A DNA stretch of 61,620 nucleotides, filler included, from Choristocarpus tenellus KU-1152 (Eukaryota > Protista > Phaeophyceae), in the NCBI GenBank assembly GCA_964200185.2. It is 12 parts of 12 records of this genome, joined end to end, with 100 filler letters (N's around TTAATTAATTAA, not from the genome) between each part and the next. Parts side by side here need not be neighbours in the genome. Positions count along the whole stretch, not along the records: positions 6,725 to 13,434 come from CAXNAD020007508.1; positions 13,535 to 16,487 come from CAXNAD020023406.1; positions 16,588 to 19,653 come from CAXNAD020022560.1; positions 19,754 to 26,172 come from CAXNAD020008181.1; 8 more parts are not named here. One strand, written 5' to 3'. Below, in pieces: positions 13,380-25,900 of this stretch (position 1 is the first letter of the stretch; the number at the start of each line of letters is the position of its first letter). Made by a program: the position numbers and the translations under genes. The notes beneath the pieces were generated by a model. It worked only from the letters and a program-made list of their open reading frames with translations. It was not told the origin of the DNA and made no database searches.

Positions 13380-14678
13380 GTGCTCGTCGATGGTCCATCG
13401 CCCTCCACCTCGCCCCCCCCCCGTCCCCCTCCCCNNNNNNNNNNNNNNNNNNNNNNNNNNNNNNNNNNNNNNNNNNNNTTAATTAATTAANNNNNNNNNN
13501 NNNNNNNNNNNNNNNNNNNNNNNNNNNNNNNNNNTCCCCCCCCAGATACTTTGACCCATCACCGAAGCCTTCATGGAGGCGTGCGTTACTGAGCTCCTAT
13601 GATCGGTAACAAAACCTGCATCTTCAGTGTACAGAGTGCAGACACAGATCCTAACCCAGGTCATATACGACCATGGGTTCAGGCTCGTAAAGACCGATAG
13701 AGTGGCCAAAAAATCTTGTATTCAGGGATTACTGCTACGTCCATGAGCCCACACAGCTGAAACTCAGCCGTTCATGGAGGGAAGTCCAGCAGCACGCTCC
13801 ATCCGGATCATATGGAAGCACTCCGTCAAAGGAAGGCCATCTTCATGAGCCTCGTGAAGCCCAAACCGTGGAACGACAGGTACTCCACACGCCTAAATCT
13901 CTGGCACCTTCTAACTGAGGCATACCCGAAGCTTGTAGAGTGGTGGGAGAAGGGTGAGGAATGTCATTTCGACCCCGCCCACCAATTGAAATAGGACTTC
14001 AGACGTTTCAGTTTTTTGTTGAAGTACGGGTCGAGTTACTTGTGTCTAATTCGTCCATCAGTGTACCTTGCCTTGGTGCCCGACTACCATGTTCATGCAG
14101 TTTCCATCCGATTGGGTTATGCATATACGCAGTGGCATATGATACATTACTACCAGCAGTCGGAGCTGTCAGTGTATCATATATGATACTAATCTTGAGG
14201 ATTAGACCTGTGTTCTTATTTGTTTAGGTTCAAAATATCTGGGGGGGGTGGCGGCTGTTCATTTGGGGTCAATATTTTCATGTCGCAATTTTTGGGTGAT
14301 TTGGTTGCATACGTCGGATGGATAATGTAGGTTCACTTTTTCTGGTTATGGACCAATTTCAGACCACTAAAATTTATAACATTTTATAAACAACTCTTCT
14401 CCATCTTTTCCACTACGTTTCCAATCTATTCGCCAAGACCTGCGATGGATATGTTGTCTTCTTACCAGCCGCTAGTTATTCCCTGAACCCTACTACCTAG
14501 CTCCTACCTGCTTCTCAATACTCTATGCACTATCTCATGCTTTGTCCAAGTGTCAACAAACGAGGGCCGATCTCGTCCTCCTTCAAATCTTGGAGAAATT
14601 TATCCCGAAGTCCACATCCGATGCTCCTAAGCACAACACCAACCCTGAGCCTACCCCAAACACGTGCCATGAACTGGA

Positions 14679-14936
14679 GAGTGAAATTATCTTAGAGGGT
14701 ACAAGTTTGCCTTGTTTGTCCGTTAGGGGCTTAGTTTCCCATGTTATTTTTTATGACATTTTTCTACTCCAAAATATTTCAGAGTAGGTAAAATGTGTAC
14801 GTCATGAAAAGGTGTGTCCGGAACAAGGATATTGACACTTCCTAACAAACACGAGAGCCAAAATTACGTCAAAATCGTAACATTGGATTGTGGCCCCCAA
14901 ATGGACGCGGCTCTACCCTCTAAGATGCTTTGGCTC
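14679..14936 (+). mobile_element. MITE family A copy (~260 bp, TIR GAGTGAAAGTATCTTAGAGGGTA)
   Basis: Terminal inverted repeats are present and the internal sequence is shared with four other full copies. No TSD is recognisable in this copy. Confidence 0.85.
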
Positions 14937-15269
14937 CGACGAATGGCCTGGATAGTCACCCCCGCACACTGACACTAACCATAACCTTACCCTAACACTT
15001 ACGCTGAGCCCATTTGCATCCCGTGGCAACCTATAATCGACAAGCGTCTCACCTGAATTATGTACCAGTGCCGTCATCAACCCTACTCACGCCAAACCAA
15101 CCCTACCTCATCAGGATTTAATCAACCCACTATCTCTTACCCCGAATCGAGGGAAGTATATCTTAAGATACTTCCAGCGAAACGTACGACAATAGACCTT
15201 GACCAATAACTCTTTGTGAAGACATCCAGAATCCGTGGACAAATGATATCAAAGAAACACCACTCTAAC

Positions 15270-15970
15270 CCGAAAGCAAAACCTGACCCTTTTCCCTTCC
15301 TACATGCCAACAACTTTAACCCTAACACCCTGACCGACAACCCCATTTGTGTATATACTAAATCCGACACATGCAAGCAAATAAACGAAATACTAAATTT
15401 GAAACAGTCCATGGAATATTTTTTAATTCCTCATGCACACACTTGCGACAACAGGCCCTAACTGACAGTCCTCTTTGTGTACATACCAGACACGACTCAT
15501 GCAAGCAATTAACGAAAAACCTAACCTCGAAACAGTCCGTGGTCTTTTTTTCAATTCCTCGCGCTAACACTGGGACAACACACCCTAACCGACAACCCTC
15601 TTTATGTGCTAACCAAATACCACTCATGCAACCAAACAAACCCATAACTAACCCTGAAACAACCAGTGGCATATCTCTCATTCTTCATCCTAACTGTACG
15701 ACCAACATACACCAACCAATAAGCCTGATTGAACAAATTCGAAATCCAACACATGCAAACGTCGAAACTCCTAACCAAACCCAAATAAATGTTAGCATAT
15801 ATTCCCATTCCTCTTGTACGCAAGGACAGAAGGGAATCTAACCAACAGTCCTCTTTTTTTTGCCCACATTGCAAATCCGACACGTGTAACCAAACCACAC
15901 CAAAAAGTGAAAATCGAAAAAAGGGTCTAAAACGGACGCCGGTACCCCCCCCCCCCAGATACTTTGACCC
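15270..15970 (+). mobile_element. Longer family-B-related element end with subterminal repeats
   Basis: Repeated AAATCCGACAC(A/G)TG and ACCGACAACCC-like motifs lead to AAAATCGAAAAAAGGG...CGGACGCCG..polyC-AGATACTTTGACCC. The same ~70-bp end occurs at 34152-34221. The left boundary is uncertain. Confidence 0.6.
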
Positions 15971-16994
15971 CTAGGTCAGCTTATAGATAGGTAGTAAGTA
16001 CTCTAAAGGTCCATATAATATGCAGTACAGTATAATTTGTATTGATGGCCACTATTCGAACTTTCGAGGCTCAACACAAGACTGTGGGGCTGGTCCCAAC
16101 TTGGAAACAATACGACCTTGAAGGGGTTAACACATCAACACAGACTTGGGCGTGGGCTGTACAGCCAAGTCGTACATTAGGAATGAGAGAAATCACATGA
16201 CCAACAACTCCACTTCCTTCAACTCTGTCAAGTGTTTCCTGTTTAGTCCTACCCAGCTCAACACAGGGTTCATGAAGAAAGAAAGTCATCCAGCTGGTGA
16301 GCTACGGTACGGGCAGCCGTTGGGACAGCACCTGCCTGAGCCAAGTGCTGCGAACTCGAGCATAATGTATGCCTTACACTCCCTTTACCGTCTCGGGTAG
16401 TGTCTTCAGACAGATTCATGTCAACCTGACCCTTCCCCCATCACCAGGGGGGGGTCAACAGCCAGATCCTTGACAAATCTGACCTACNNNNNNNNNNNNN
16501 NNNNNNNNNNNNNNNNNNNNNNNNNNNNNNNTTAATTAATTAANNNNNNNNNNNNNNNNNNNNNNNNNNNNNNNNNNNNNNNNNNNNTATGGGTATTTAT
16601 TCCGCATTCAACTACTTTGACATAACCGTTGACTTAGGTAGGAAGCACAAATAATAATAAACAAGCAATGGGAAGACACTCCACAAAAGTCACTCTTCTA
16701 ATTCCAAACATTATTTTCACGTTCGACAAAGGGGGTCGTGTGAGGTTTCGCACCTTCTTGTCTTCACTAGTAATAAATAGCATTACCTCCAAAGGTAAAT
16801 TTGCACAATCTGAACCTCGCATTGCAATAATTTGTTCACAGTTAACAAAATTGCATCCGCGATGTCAAGAATTTCACGCACTTAAGTGAACCTGTCACGA
16901 CAGCACTGTCGAGCGTTAATCTTGTTAAGTACTCCTGTGTCTCACCTGCAAAATCGATAATGGGCTATTGCAAGTCGTGATGCTATGGGTCGGT

Positions 16995-17790
16995 AAGAGG
17001 GGGGGGCTGTATCGGGTGGAAAAGAGGACGGGAACCTCCGCCAGTTAGTCGCCATTGTCCTCTACTAGTCCCAGGAGTAAAGAAAGGTGGTGGGCTTGTG
17101 CTTGTGCAGACCTGTGGTGACTGTACTGGGGAGAAAAGAGTAGAAAATCCGTCTCTAAGCAGCCACAGTGCTGGGGCAGCACTAGTGGGAACTGTGTGTT
17201 CTGTTAGGGAGTGTTTGCCTGAGTAAACCTGTGGGGGTTGTGCTGGGGTAAAAAGAGCGGAATTAGAATATTACCCACTAAGCAGTTACAGTGAGTGCTC
17301 AAGCAGCACCAAGAGAAAAGGCACAGATGGGAGCTGTGTCTTCTGTACGAGGGGGATCAACCTTGGGGGCTTGTTGAGGGAGAAGTGAGAAGAATATATG
17401 CCACTTAACAGCCACAGTGCTGGAGCAGCACCCGGAAAATAATGACCAGGGGGGCTGTGTGGTCTGTATGAGGGTGTGTGTGCCTGGATAAACCTGTAGG
17501 GTCTGTGCTGGGGATGAAAAGAGGAGGACATCCGCCACTAAGCAGCTGCACTACTTGAGCACCAGGAAAATAGGCACAGGGGGACTGTGTGATTTGTGCA
17601 GGGAAAAAAGAGGAGAAGCTCCACCAGTCAGCAGTTACTTTTCTCCAACAGCACCACCAGGAGGAAAGGTATGTGGGGGCATTTGTTCCTGGGTAAAAGG
17701 GTGCACGTGCTGGGAAGGTCTGTCCCTGCCTGGGCAAAATTTGAAGTTTGAGCTCAATGTGCATGTGTAGCTGTGAGGTAAGTAGACAGC
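16995..17790. repeat. Degenerate tandem repeat, roughly 90-135-bp units; related second block at ~18300-18700
   Basis: Recurring GGGG..AAAAGAG...CCACTAAGCAGC.ACAGTG...GCAGCACC motif near 17020, 17134, 17250, 17380, 17517 and 17604. Both blocks end in a similar TGTGTA..TG.G.GTAA.T.AGAC sequence. Confidence 0.65.
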
Positions 17791-18772
17791 ATTGACATTT
17801 CAAGTGGCCAACAGGAAATTATGAAATAAGAATGAAGGCATCACAAACCAGAACCCTGCCAAACTGCAAAGCGATGTATGACATTCTGTGCCAACCATCC
17901 CCTCATTAACATAAAACAAAAGTACTGTTGGAGTACAGGTAGAAGGGAAGGGGTAAGGTATAGGACTCTCAATAGCTATTCACATCTCTTACTTTGATAG
18001 GTAATGAAGCCTTGCCATCCTCTTGGTGAAGCACTTTTGTGAATATATAGCTACCAATAGGATGATGCAGGTGTATAATCTGTAGTACTTGCTTTGTGGA
18101 GTTGGACAATCAAAATTGGATTACAGGCAGAAGGGGAGTGGGGTGTTCATTATCTGTGCCCCAGATGGGCATGTGGTGAAGATGCACTTCCTTTTTATCC
18201 TGGGTGTCGCATGCAACATCCTCTTGTGTGCTTGGCCCCCGCACCTCATGCTGTGAGCATTTCTTTACGCTTTGTGGGAAGACCTGTCTATGGCTAACAG
18301 GGGGGAGCTACTTCTCTTTGGGGAAAAGGGGAGGGGAAACTCCACGAGTTAATAGCCACCGTACTCTGCCTATGCCATGAGGAAAGGAACAGCGGCGGGG
18401 TGTGTCTGGATGAACTCAGGGGGGCTGTGCCGGGGGGAAAAGAAGAGATTTGATAGGTTGCAGTCACAATCCTCCAGCAGCATCAGTAAGAAAGTCACAG
18501 ATAGGGGGGAATGTGGTCTGTACCTCAGGGATAATAGGAGAATTTCTGTCAGCTAGTAGTCATGGTGGTGCATCATCAGCACCTCGAGGAAAGGGGCAGG
18601 TGGGGTGTACATGCCTTGGTAGTGGACGGTCTGTGCCTGCCTGTGCAGAAGGTGTATCAAACTAAACATGTATGTGTAAACTGCGGGTAACTTAGACCTT
18701 CGAAATGGGTAAAGAGGGAATGATAATCTGATTGAGGCATCACGGGCCAGGGCTCTTCCGGAAAGCACCAAA

Positions 18773-19038
18773 GAGCGAAAGTATCTTAGAGGGTACACGT
18801 TTTGCTTGGCTTCCCACGTTTTTTTAAAATCACATTTTCCTCCTCCGAAATGTTTCTGAGTAGGTAAAATGTATACGATTTGGAGTAGGCATCATGTATA
18901 AAACTATGAAAAGGTGTCTCTGGAACAAGGATATTGACGCTTCCTTAACAAAAACGATAGTCAAGTTACATCAAAATCGGAACATTGGATTTTGACCTCC
19001 AAACGGACACGACTCTACCCTCTAAGATACTTTGGTTC
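18773..19038 (+). mobile_element. MITE family A copy
   Basis: GAGCGAAAGTATCTTAGAGGGTA ... TACCCTCTAAGATACTTTGGTTC; no clean TSD. Confidence 0.85.
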
Positions 19039-19753
19039 AAATCAATGATATTGTATTATGGGACACCCTTCCTTTCGATTTCGTTTTGCGAAAGAATTGG
19101 ATTACAGGAAGAAGGGGAGTGGGGTGTGTGCCTGACAATAGTTCGCACTAATACCCGCTTCTTCATGTCTGGTGATAGGTTCTAATGATTTTTGTATCCG
19201 AGCCAAAGGAAGTGAGAAGGGTGTGTATTTTGACTGGTTTGAAGGTTTTTCCAACTTTGTGAAGAATGCCATTTTGACCTATTTTATTTGTGTAGCTGGG
19301 GATTTTTTTTTTTGTGTCTGAGCACACTTGGTCATGCAGTAAGTGGCAGTGCATACACAGCAAGCCAAGTGATTATTTTTCGTTCAAGCCTGCCTTTTTT
19401 GTCATGTGTGTGTGTGTGTTTTTTTTTATCTAAACCAAAACTGCAGGCAGATCACACCTTGAAGATGGGTTTCCAGGGTGGTTTGAGTGTAGGATAGGAT
19501 TTTTCTTCATGACATCATAGCAGGGTGTAGATCAGCCAGTGAAAAACATAATCAAATCACCCCAGAAGTATTTTCCTTGCATCTCGGTGGTACATGGTTC
19601 ACACCATACCGCCGCATATGTGTCTTAGACCCAAAGTATCTGGGAGGGTGGAGNNNNNNNNNNNNNNNNNNNNNNNNNNNNNNNNNNNNNNNNNNNNTTA
19701 ATTAATTAANNNNNNNNNNNNNNNNNNNNNNNNNNNNNNNNNNNNNNNNNNNN

Positions 19754-19808
19754 GCCCCACAAATGGACAAACAGGGAAAAATTCGTACCCTCTAAGATAG
19801 TTTCACTC
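19754..19808 (-). mobile_element. MITE family A, partial end at contig start
   Basis: AAATGGACAAACAGGG...GTACCCTCTAAGATAGTTTCACTC is the reverse complement of the family A left end. A further internal fragment lies near 46134-46174. Confidence 0.8.
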
Positions 19809-19977
19809 TTCATCGTCAGTCAGTCCATTGAGGATCTTTTCGTTGTTGATCTTTTTATCCCTCGTGGTATTTCTGTCCGCAGCAGCATGTTGCTCAGTAC
19901 TGCATGCCGCCAGTGTCCCGCGACCGCTCCCCACCTAACCCTTGTCCCATTCGCTCACTGCACCGCCACACTTATAG

Positions 19978-22900
19978 CATTCAACGACGCGACCGAGAGT
20001 GTGGTTGAGCACACACTGTACGATAAGATATCTTTTCAGTACGAGCTCCAAGAATCTATCAAGCAACAGACGAAGAAAAAAGAAGTGTCACTAGTAGAGA
20101 TCCGTAACATGTACAAAAAGGTGAGGGAGATGTCAACGTTAGTGGGATGGTGGTGCTCTACTCCTCCTCTAGTTGGGTTACAGCTGTTGTGAAATCCCTC
20201 TGTGTCCTCCTATTCAACCTGAGTTGAGATAGTTATCCCACGTTTAGGAACCCTGTCAACCAACTTATTGATTTACGGGTGACCATGTAGTATGTATGTA
20301 TGGTTAACCACAGACGAGCAATAAATATATCCTTGTTTGTTTTATCATTAGGCCAGGCCGCTGAATAACACCCCCCCTCACTCAGACATACCCCGTTGAC
20401 GTGGTAATAACGATGCCTCATCCTGGCTGACTGGGTGCATGATATTTTCCGTTTTCTGCCCATCGCAAAGGTGGGCGTTACTCCCCCACCGAAACCAACT
20501 GTACGAAACTGGCAGAAAGGCGTAAAGTCCCTTAAACCAGAGTCCTTTGAGGTACTGAAGGAAGTGTGTGAGACCTTGGCACCACAGGTCGACCGCTACA
20601 AAGTCACAATGACCTATCTCAGTTGCGACGAGTTTGCCGGCTACACTTCTCTCAAGCAGGGACTATGCATCCATCTGCTTGCTAGGCAAGTCAAACCGCC
20701 ACTGTGTTTTATCGTGTAGACAGCAGTAAGCGCAATGTATGCAGGTCGTAGCACATTGCACATTGACGTGAAATAAGTGTCTACGATGAAGAATGTTGTC
20801 GGCCATTGTTTGTGTCGAACGAAGAATCCTTCGTAGAGTTGTGTAGATTCTACGAACAGTGTGTGTTTCCTGTGTATGTGCGCTGTTGTCTTTAATGAAC
20901 TACGACAATCGATCCATGAATATTTGCTGCAGTGGCGACCCTTTCGTCATCATTACCTGCGCATCGTTCTCGTTCACGTCGTTCATGGCCATTATCTTTT
21001 TGCAGATACAAGTCGTTCTACGGGAAGGTTCCTACGGCGAGGGACTACAAGGAGATCGAATCGGACGCACACATGTCTGAGATGGTTGTCTTGCGCACCA
21101 GGCAGATTGTGCCCAAGGAGAAGTGGACACCAGAGCTCCAAAGGTTGGTAAATGGTGCAGTTGCAGCGGTTATCTTTTTTTGCCTTTTCCGTATCTCCTG
21201 TGCACCCATACGTGGTCATGCGCCCCGCAATTGTAAAATATACTTTCAGCGTCTTTTTCTGCACCGCACTTATTGACTGTTGCAAAACAATTTTTTTTTT
21301 TACGTTACGTGAATGATGCACGGGCTGCCAGGGAAAAGAACAAGCTCACATATGAGAAGGGCAATATGCACGACCCCTGGGCCAAGCCCCACCACGAGGA
21401 GAGGAAGAGGGAGGTGGCCCAACAGAAGGTTTCATTTCGCGACCAACAAGTGGGGCCCGTCCGGCAGCTGAGGGCAAACATCGCGACGGTAGTCGGAATG
21501 AAACCTCTGCAACGGGTCAGAGCTGTGAGTGTGACTCCTGTGTTGGTAATTACAGCTGAAATGGCTTGTACAAAAACAATTAGTTGATGCTTGGTAGGAT
21601 TGGTAGTGGGTCTTCGTCATCATCATGAGCGACAGAGTTGCCTTCCCTACAACAAACGATGCCCTTTTGTCAGTTCTAGTCTTTCGTTGCTAATAGCGGG
21701 AATAGCCAATTGTTTCCTTCTACTGTAGACAACGATCTTGGTCAATCTCCACCTCGTTTCTGCCTCCAACACGTGTCACTGTCGTAACCTACAGACAGGC
21801 TGGCGTCCTCGACATTGGCTTCTTTCAAACTATTTCGCCCCGCAAGACGCCTCTATTAAACACGTTCACTACATAAACCGATAGGTTTGCTCCGTTCGGT
21901 TGACATGCTATCGTAATTCCACTACACTCTCCCATTTTTAACGTCACAATCGTCCCCTCCTCTCCTCAACGACGTCCTCCGCCGTGTCCACCACCAGATT
22001 CTCGAGAAGGACTCGACTCTACGCGCTTACCTCACCAACTGGGATGGGAAATACCAGAATGTCCTCAACCAGGTCAACCTCCACCAGGTTCACAGCAGGC
22101 GGGGCGGTGATGGTGGCGGTACGGACAATGAGAGCAACAACGGATCGGCATCAGATGGCCATGAGAAAGAAAATGAGGGAGGGTGCGAACACCAAGGAGG
22201 GGATGGAAACGAGGGAGGGGACGAACACAAAGTAGGGGACGAAGACGAGGGAGGGGACGGACTGCCAGACAGGGAGGATACGGGCGAAGGGGGTTCTGTC
22301 GGCAGCGTTCCTGGTGCGGAAGAAGAACAAAACGGCTATGGAGGGTGGAACACGGGCGTTTGCTGTACTTAATGCAATCCTCCACCTACGTCTCGGTGAG
22401 TAATGTAGTTGTAACAGTGCACACGGGGATGACGGGTAATTAATGGCGTAAGATTGGTTTCCTTCCAATCCCCCGAACGGCTAACTAGGTTGTCTCTTTT
22501 CAGCGGTGCACGCCATTAAACCGGTGGAACTTGCGGGATCCCTCTGTGTGTGGCGCTGCGGTCGCTACCCCCACGTCTCTTTATTTGCCATAGTCCAATC
22601 GTGTGTCAATGCATGTACATCACCGACTGTTGTATCTCACCTGTACTACTTCATACTGTTTTGCGCCACCAAATTCGTGGTACTTCGTAACCGTGGATCC
22701 CCGCGTTGCGTTGTTGCGCTCAATTAATTATTTGGAAAAATACTATCCTGCCTCTTTAATGCTCTCATTCGATGACCCGCGCGACAGGTATTCATGCCCA
22801 AAGTGCTCCATCACGCATATGGGCGAATGTGCCTACGTGTACGTTGTAGGCGACGAGAGGCACAAGGATCGATTATGTATCAATTGCTCCATGGCACTGG

Positions 22901-25900
22901 AGGGCAGCGAAGGGTCTGGATCGGTGGAGAAGGAAGCGGTGGGTCAGGCCAGGGGCAAGGGCAAGGGTAAGGGTCACATAAGGAGTGCAGGCGGGTCATC
23001 CACCAGACAAAGCCTTTTCCGTCCCCCCTCACGCAGCGAAACGGCGGACATGGAGAAGTGCATGTGGGTCTCGGCGTGGTTGCACATTACACGGACATAT
23101 AAGCCGTCTCTGCGTGTTCGGTTTCGCATTGGTTTGCACGTGGGTCTTGGCTGCTTGTACATCATGTGGATTGCTGGTCCTTTGTGCATTGGATGTATCG
23201 TTTTTTTGGAGGTTTCCATGGGCCATGGAACTTAGTGTTTTAACGTCTACCCTCCTTGCACGAGATGTATCTGATAGGTCTGGCATTGTGGAGGGTGCGG
23301 CTTGATATTTGGGGATGCCGTGGAAATATTGTCAGGACCTCACTTAATGATACGACTGCCTGCACTGTTGCTTACGATGCTGTCCTTCTTGTCGTGCTGT
23401 CTGTCTACTGTGTCGTGTGTCATGATGTCCAACCAGGACTGAGAACACTGCACTACACGACCTTTGCCCTCTTGACCCTACGGTACCCTTAGACGGTCTG
23501 AAAGAGTTCGCGTTCCTAAACGCGCCAAAGCTCGCCATAGTGTCCATTGCCGCCGAGCCAAGACTCCTCAACGACGAAGAGGCGACCAATGAACACTTGC
23601 GCCAGGTGCTTAAGTGCTTGCAGGTGAAGATAGATCCTCAGGGCACCATCGCGCTCATTGTGCCCCAGCCGTGGGCCGCACAATTACACCGCCTACACGG
23701 TGACTTCTGGAGTTTGCCAGCGCTGAAATACGGGGTATATTGCGGAAGACTATTGCAATTCGCCATGGCCGTTATCAGTCCGCCCGTGTGCCCATCGAAT
23801 AGAGTGAAAGTATCTTAGAGGGTACGAGTTTTGCCCTGTTTGTCCATTTCGGGCTTGGCTTCCTATGGGTTCTCTTATGACATTTTCCTACTCCAAAATG
23901 TTTCGGAGTGGGGAAAGTGTGTACGTTATGAAACGTTGTGGCCAAACATGGATATTGACACTTTCTTACATACACGATAGTCAAAATTACATCGAAATTG
24001 CAACATTTGATTTTGGCCCCCAAGTGGACGCGGCTCTACCCTCTAAGATACTTTGGCACAATATTGTGCGGCCGTTCAGGAGATGTGGATGATGTTGTGT
24101 GTCTTTCTTTTTCACTTTCCCCATATTGTTTCATGTTCTTCATACCTTCTACTTCATTTTGTGCCTCTTGTTCTTTCCCCCAGGTCGTTCGTAGTTCTTT
24201 GTTTCATTGTACGCGAACCGCATGCTGGTGTAACTTGTCTTCACTACATGATTTTTTCCGTCTTTCCTTCTATTACAGAATTTCCTATAGTTCGCATTTT
24301 CTTTTCTTTTGCTATTTGCCTTGCGTTCCACAATCATGGTACTATTATAACGTTAGTGGTATGAGATTTCATAAATCGCTAAGATAACTACCTGTGTGAT
24401 GTCACTGTCAAGTTTGACGCATGCCGGACCCACGCGCTCGCTCCCGCCTTCTATTCATTCAGGGGCTCTTATGGCGTCGAAGGCGGGCTTGGTTGTGGAG
24501 GGTCATCCCCTAACCCTAATATACAAGATGATGGGGGGGGGGCGCCCTCTCGCAGGCACTGATAACCATTTCAGATGTTGCCAGGACATGATTCTTCTCA
24601 CGCACAACGATGGGACAGAGTTCACATGCAACAAGCGAGTCACTGTCGACGACATCTTTGGCCACGGGCGTGATGCACCTCCTCCGGTACTCCAAACCAT
24701 GTGTGACGTCGAATACTAAGGTGCTGCAACGGATATCCCCATGTGGGCCCTCTACTTCCTCGTTAACAGGTTCGTTAATAACGTCACACACACCCTTCTT
24801 CACAGTAGCAGGGCCTTTTTGTATAGGTGTAGAACATCGTTAAACAGTAGCACAACAAGCTGGGTGACGGTTCAGGGGCGTCAAACCATACCACGAGTGA
24901 CCTTCCACAAATCAGTATGTTAAGCGTCTGTCCGCACCAAGAGTGTGTTGCCCTGTATCGGTAGGTTGCTCATACATTGCAATATGATGAATCCGTGCGC
25001 AATACAATGTACTCCTCGGGATAATTCACGAACTGCCCTCCTATGATAGGTACACGAATGCTGGGGATACCGTCGTCTCCTACAGCGCATAGAGGCACAA
25101 CGTGGTGGAGGCGGCCCTTGAACGGAGCAGAAGGGTGGAGGTGCTCGTGTCCAACGCGGCGTTAAAGGACGAGATGAAAGAGAAGATGGAGACCTCCTTC
25201 GCCCAAGCCTACAAGGACGGCAAGTCGAAGGTAAGAAGGGTGTGCTGGCTTTTTTTCAATTGCTTTCCAACTTGTTGTCTGTCTTGGTTCCCTATGGATA
25301 GGTCTCGGGCGTGCGATTGTTGAAGTGATGTTTCCTTGTCGATATTTACAAGTTGCTCACACAGTGCACGCAGTTACCCACACCACAAACGGAAATCGCG
25401 AGACCCCAAGACTTTGTGTGTGAGCATCGGTACGTCGGAATGTCCTCCTTCCCCACAAGAAAAAACAAACGTACTGCCGTACACCGCAAGATCTTTAACC
25501 AACGCCGGAATAACCCCTATGAACGTGACGAAACCTTATCGCATGGCAAACACTTCAATGCCACATGGTTGGGCTGTCACATGTACGCACATGATGTTGC
25601 AGGTATCCACGTCTCTCGTTCAAGAACGCATGATAGACCCTTCCTGCCTGCCAGAAGCCTTGGGGCAGACCCTCGTCCCAACGGAGACGCAGCAATGTTT
25701 TGCTGAGGCCGTCAATCCTCAGGGAAAGGCAATGGGAGACGATGAGGCGACCTTTTTCGTTGCGAAGACGGTGGCGACAGAGTTCGGCTACCAGATCAAG
25801 GTGAATGTAGTATAAAATGCACCTCGTTACATATTTTGTGAAGAACGAACGGCAGAGTCAAGATCTTGGCACACAGAATAAACGTTTTTTTTATTCCAGA

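Noticed and set aside
22165-22262. 18-bp purine-rich tandem repeats
   Set aside because: Explained as the EGGD-type acidic linker within exon 5 of the pseudo-MTase gene.
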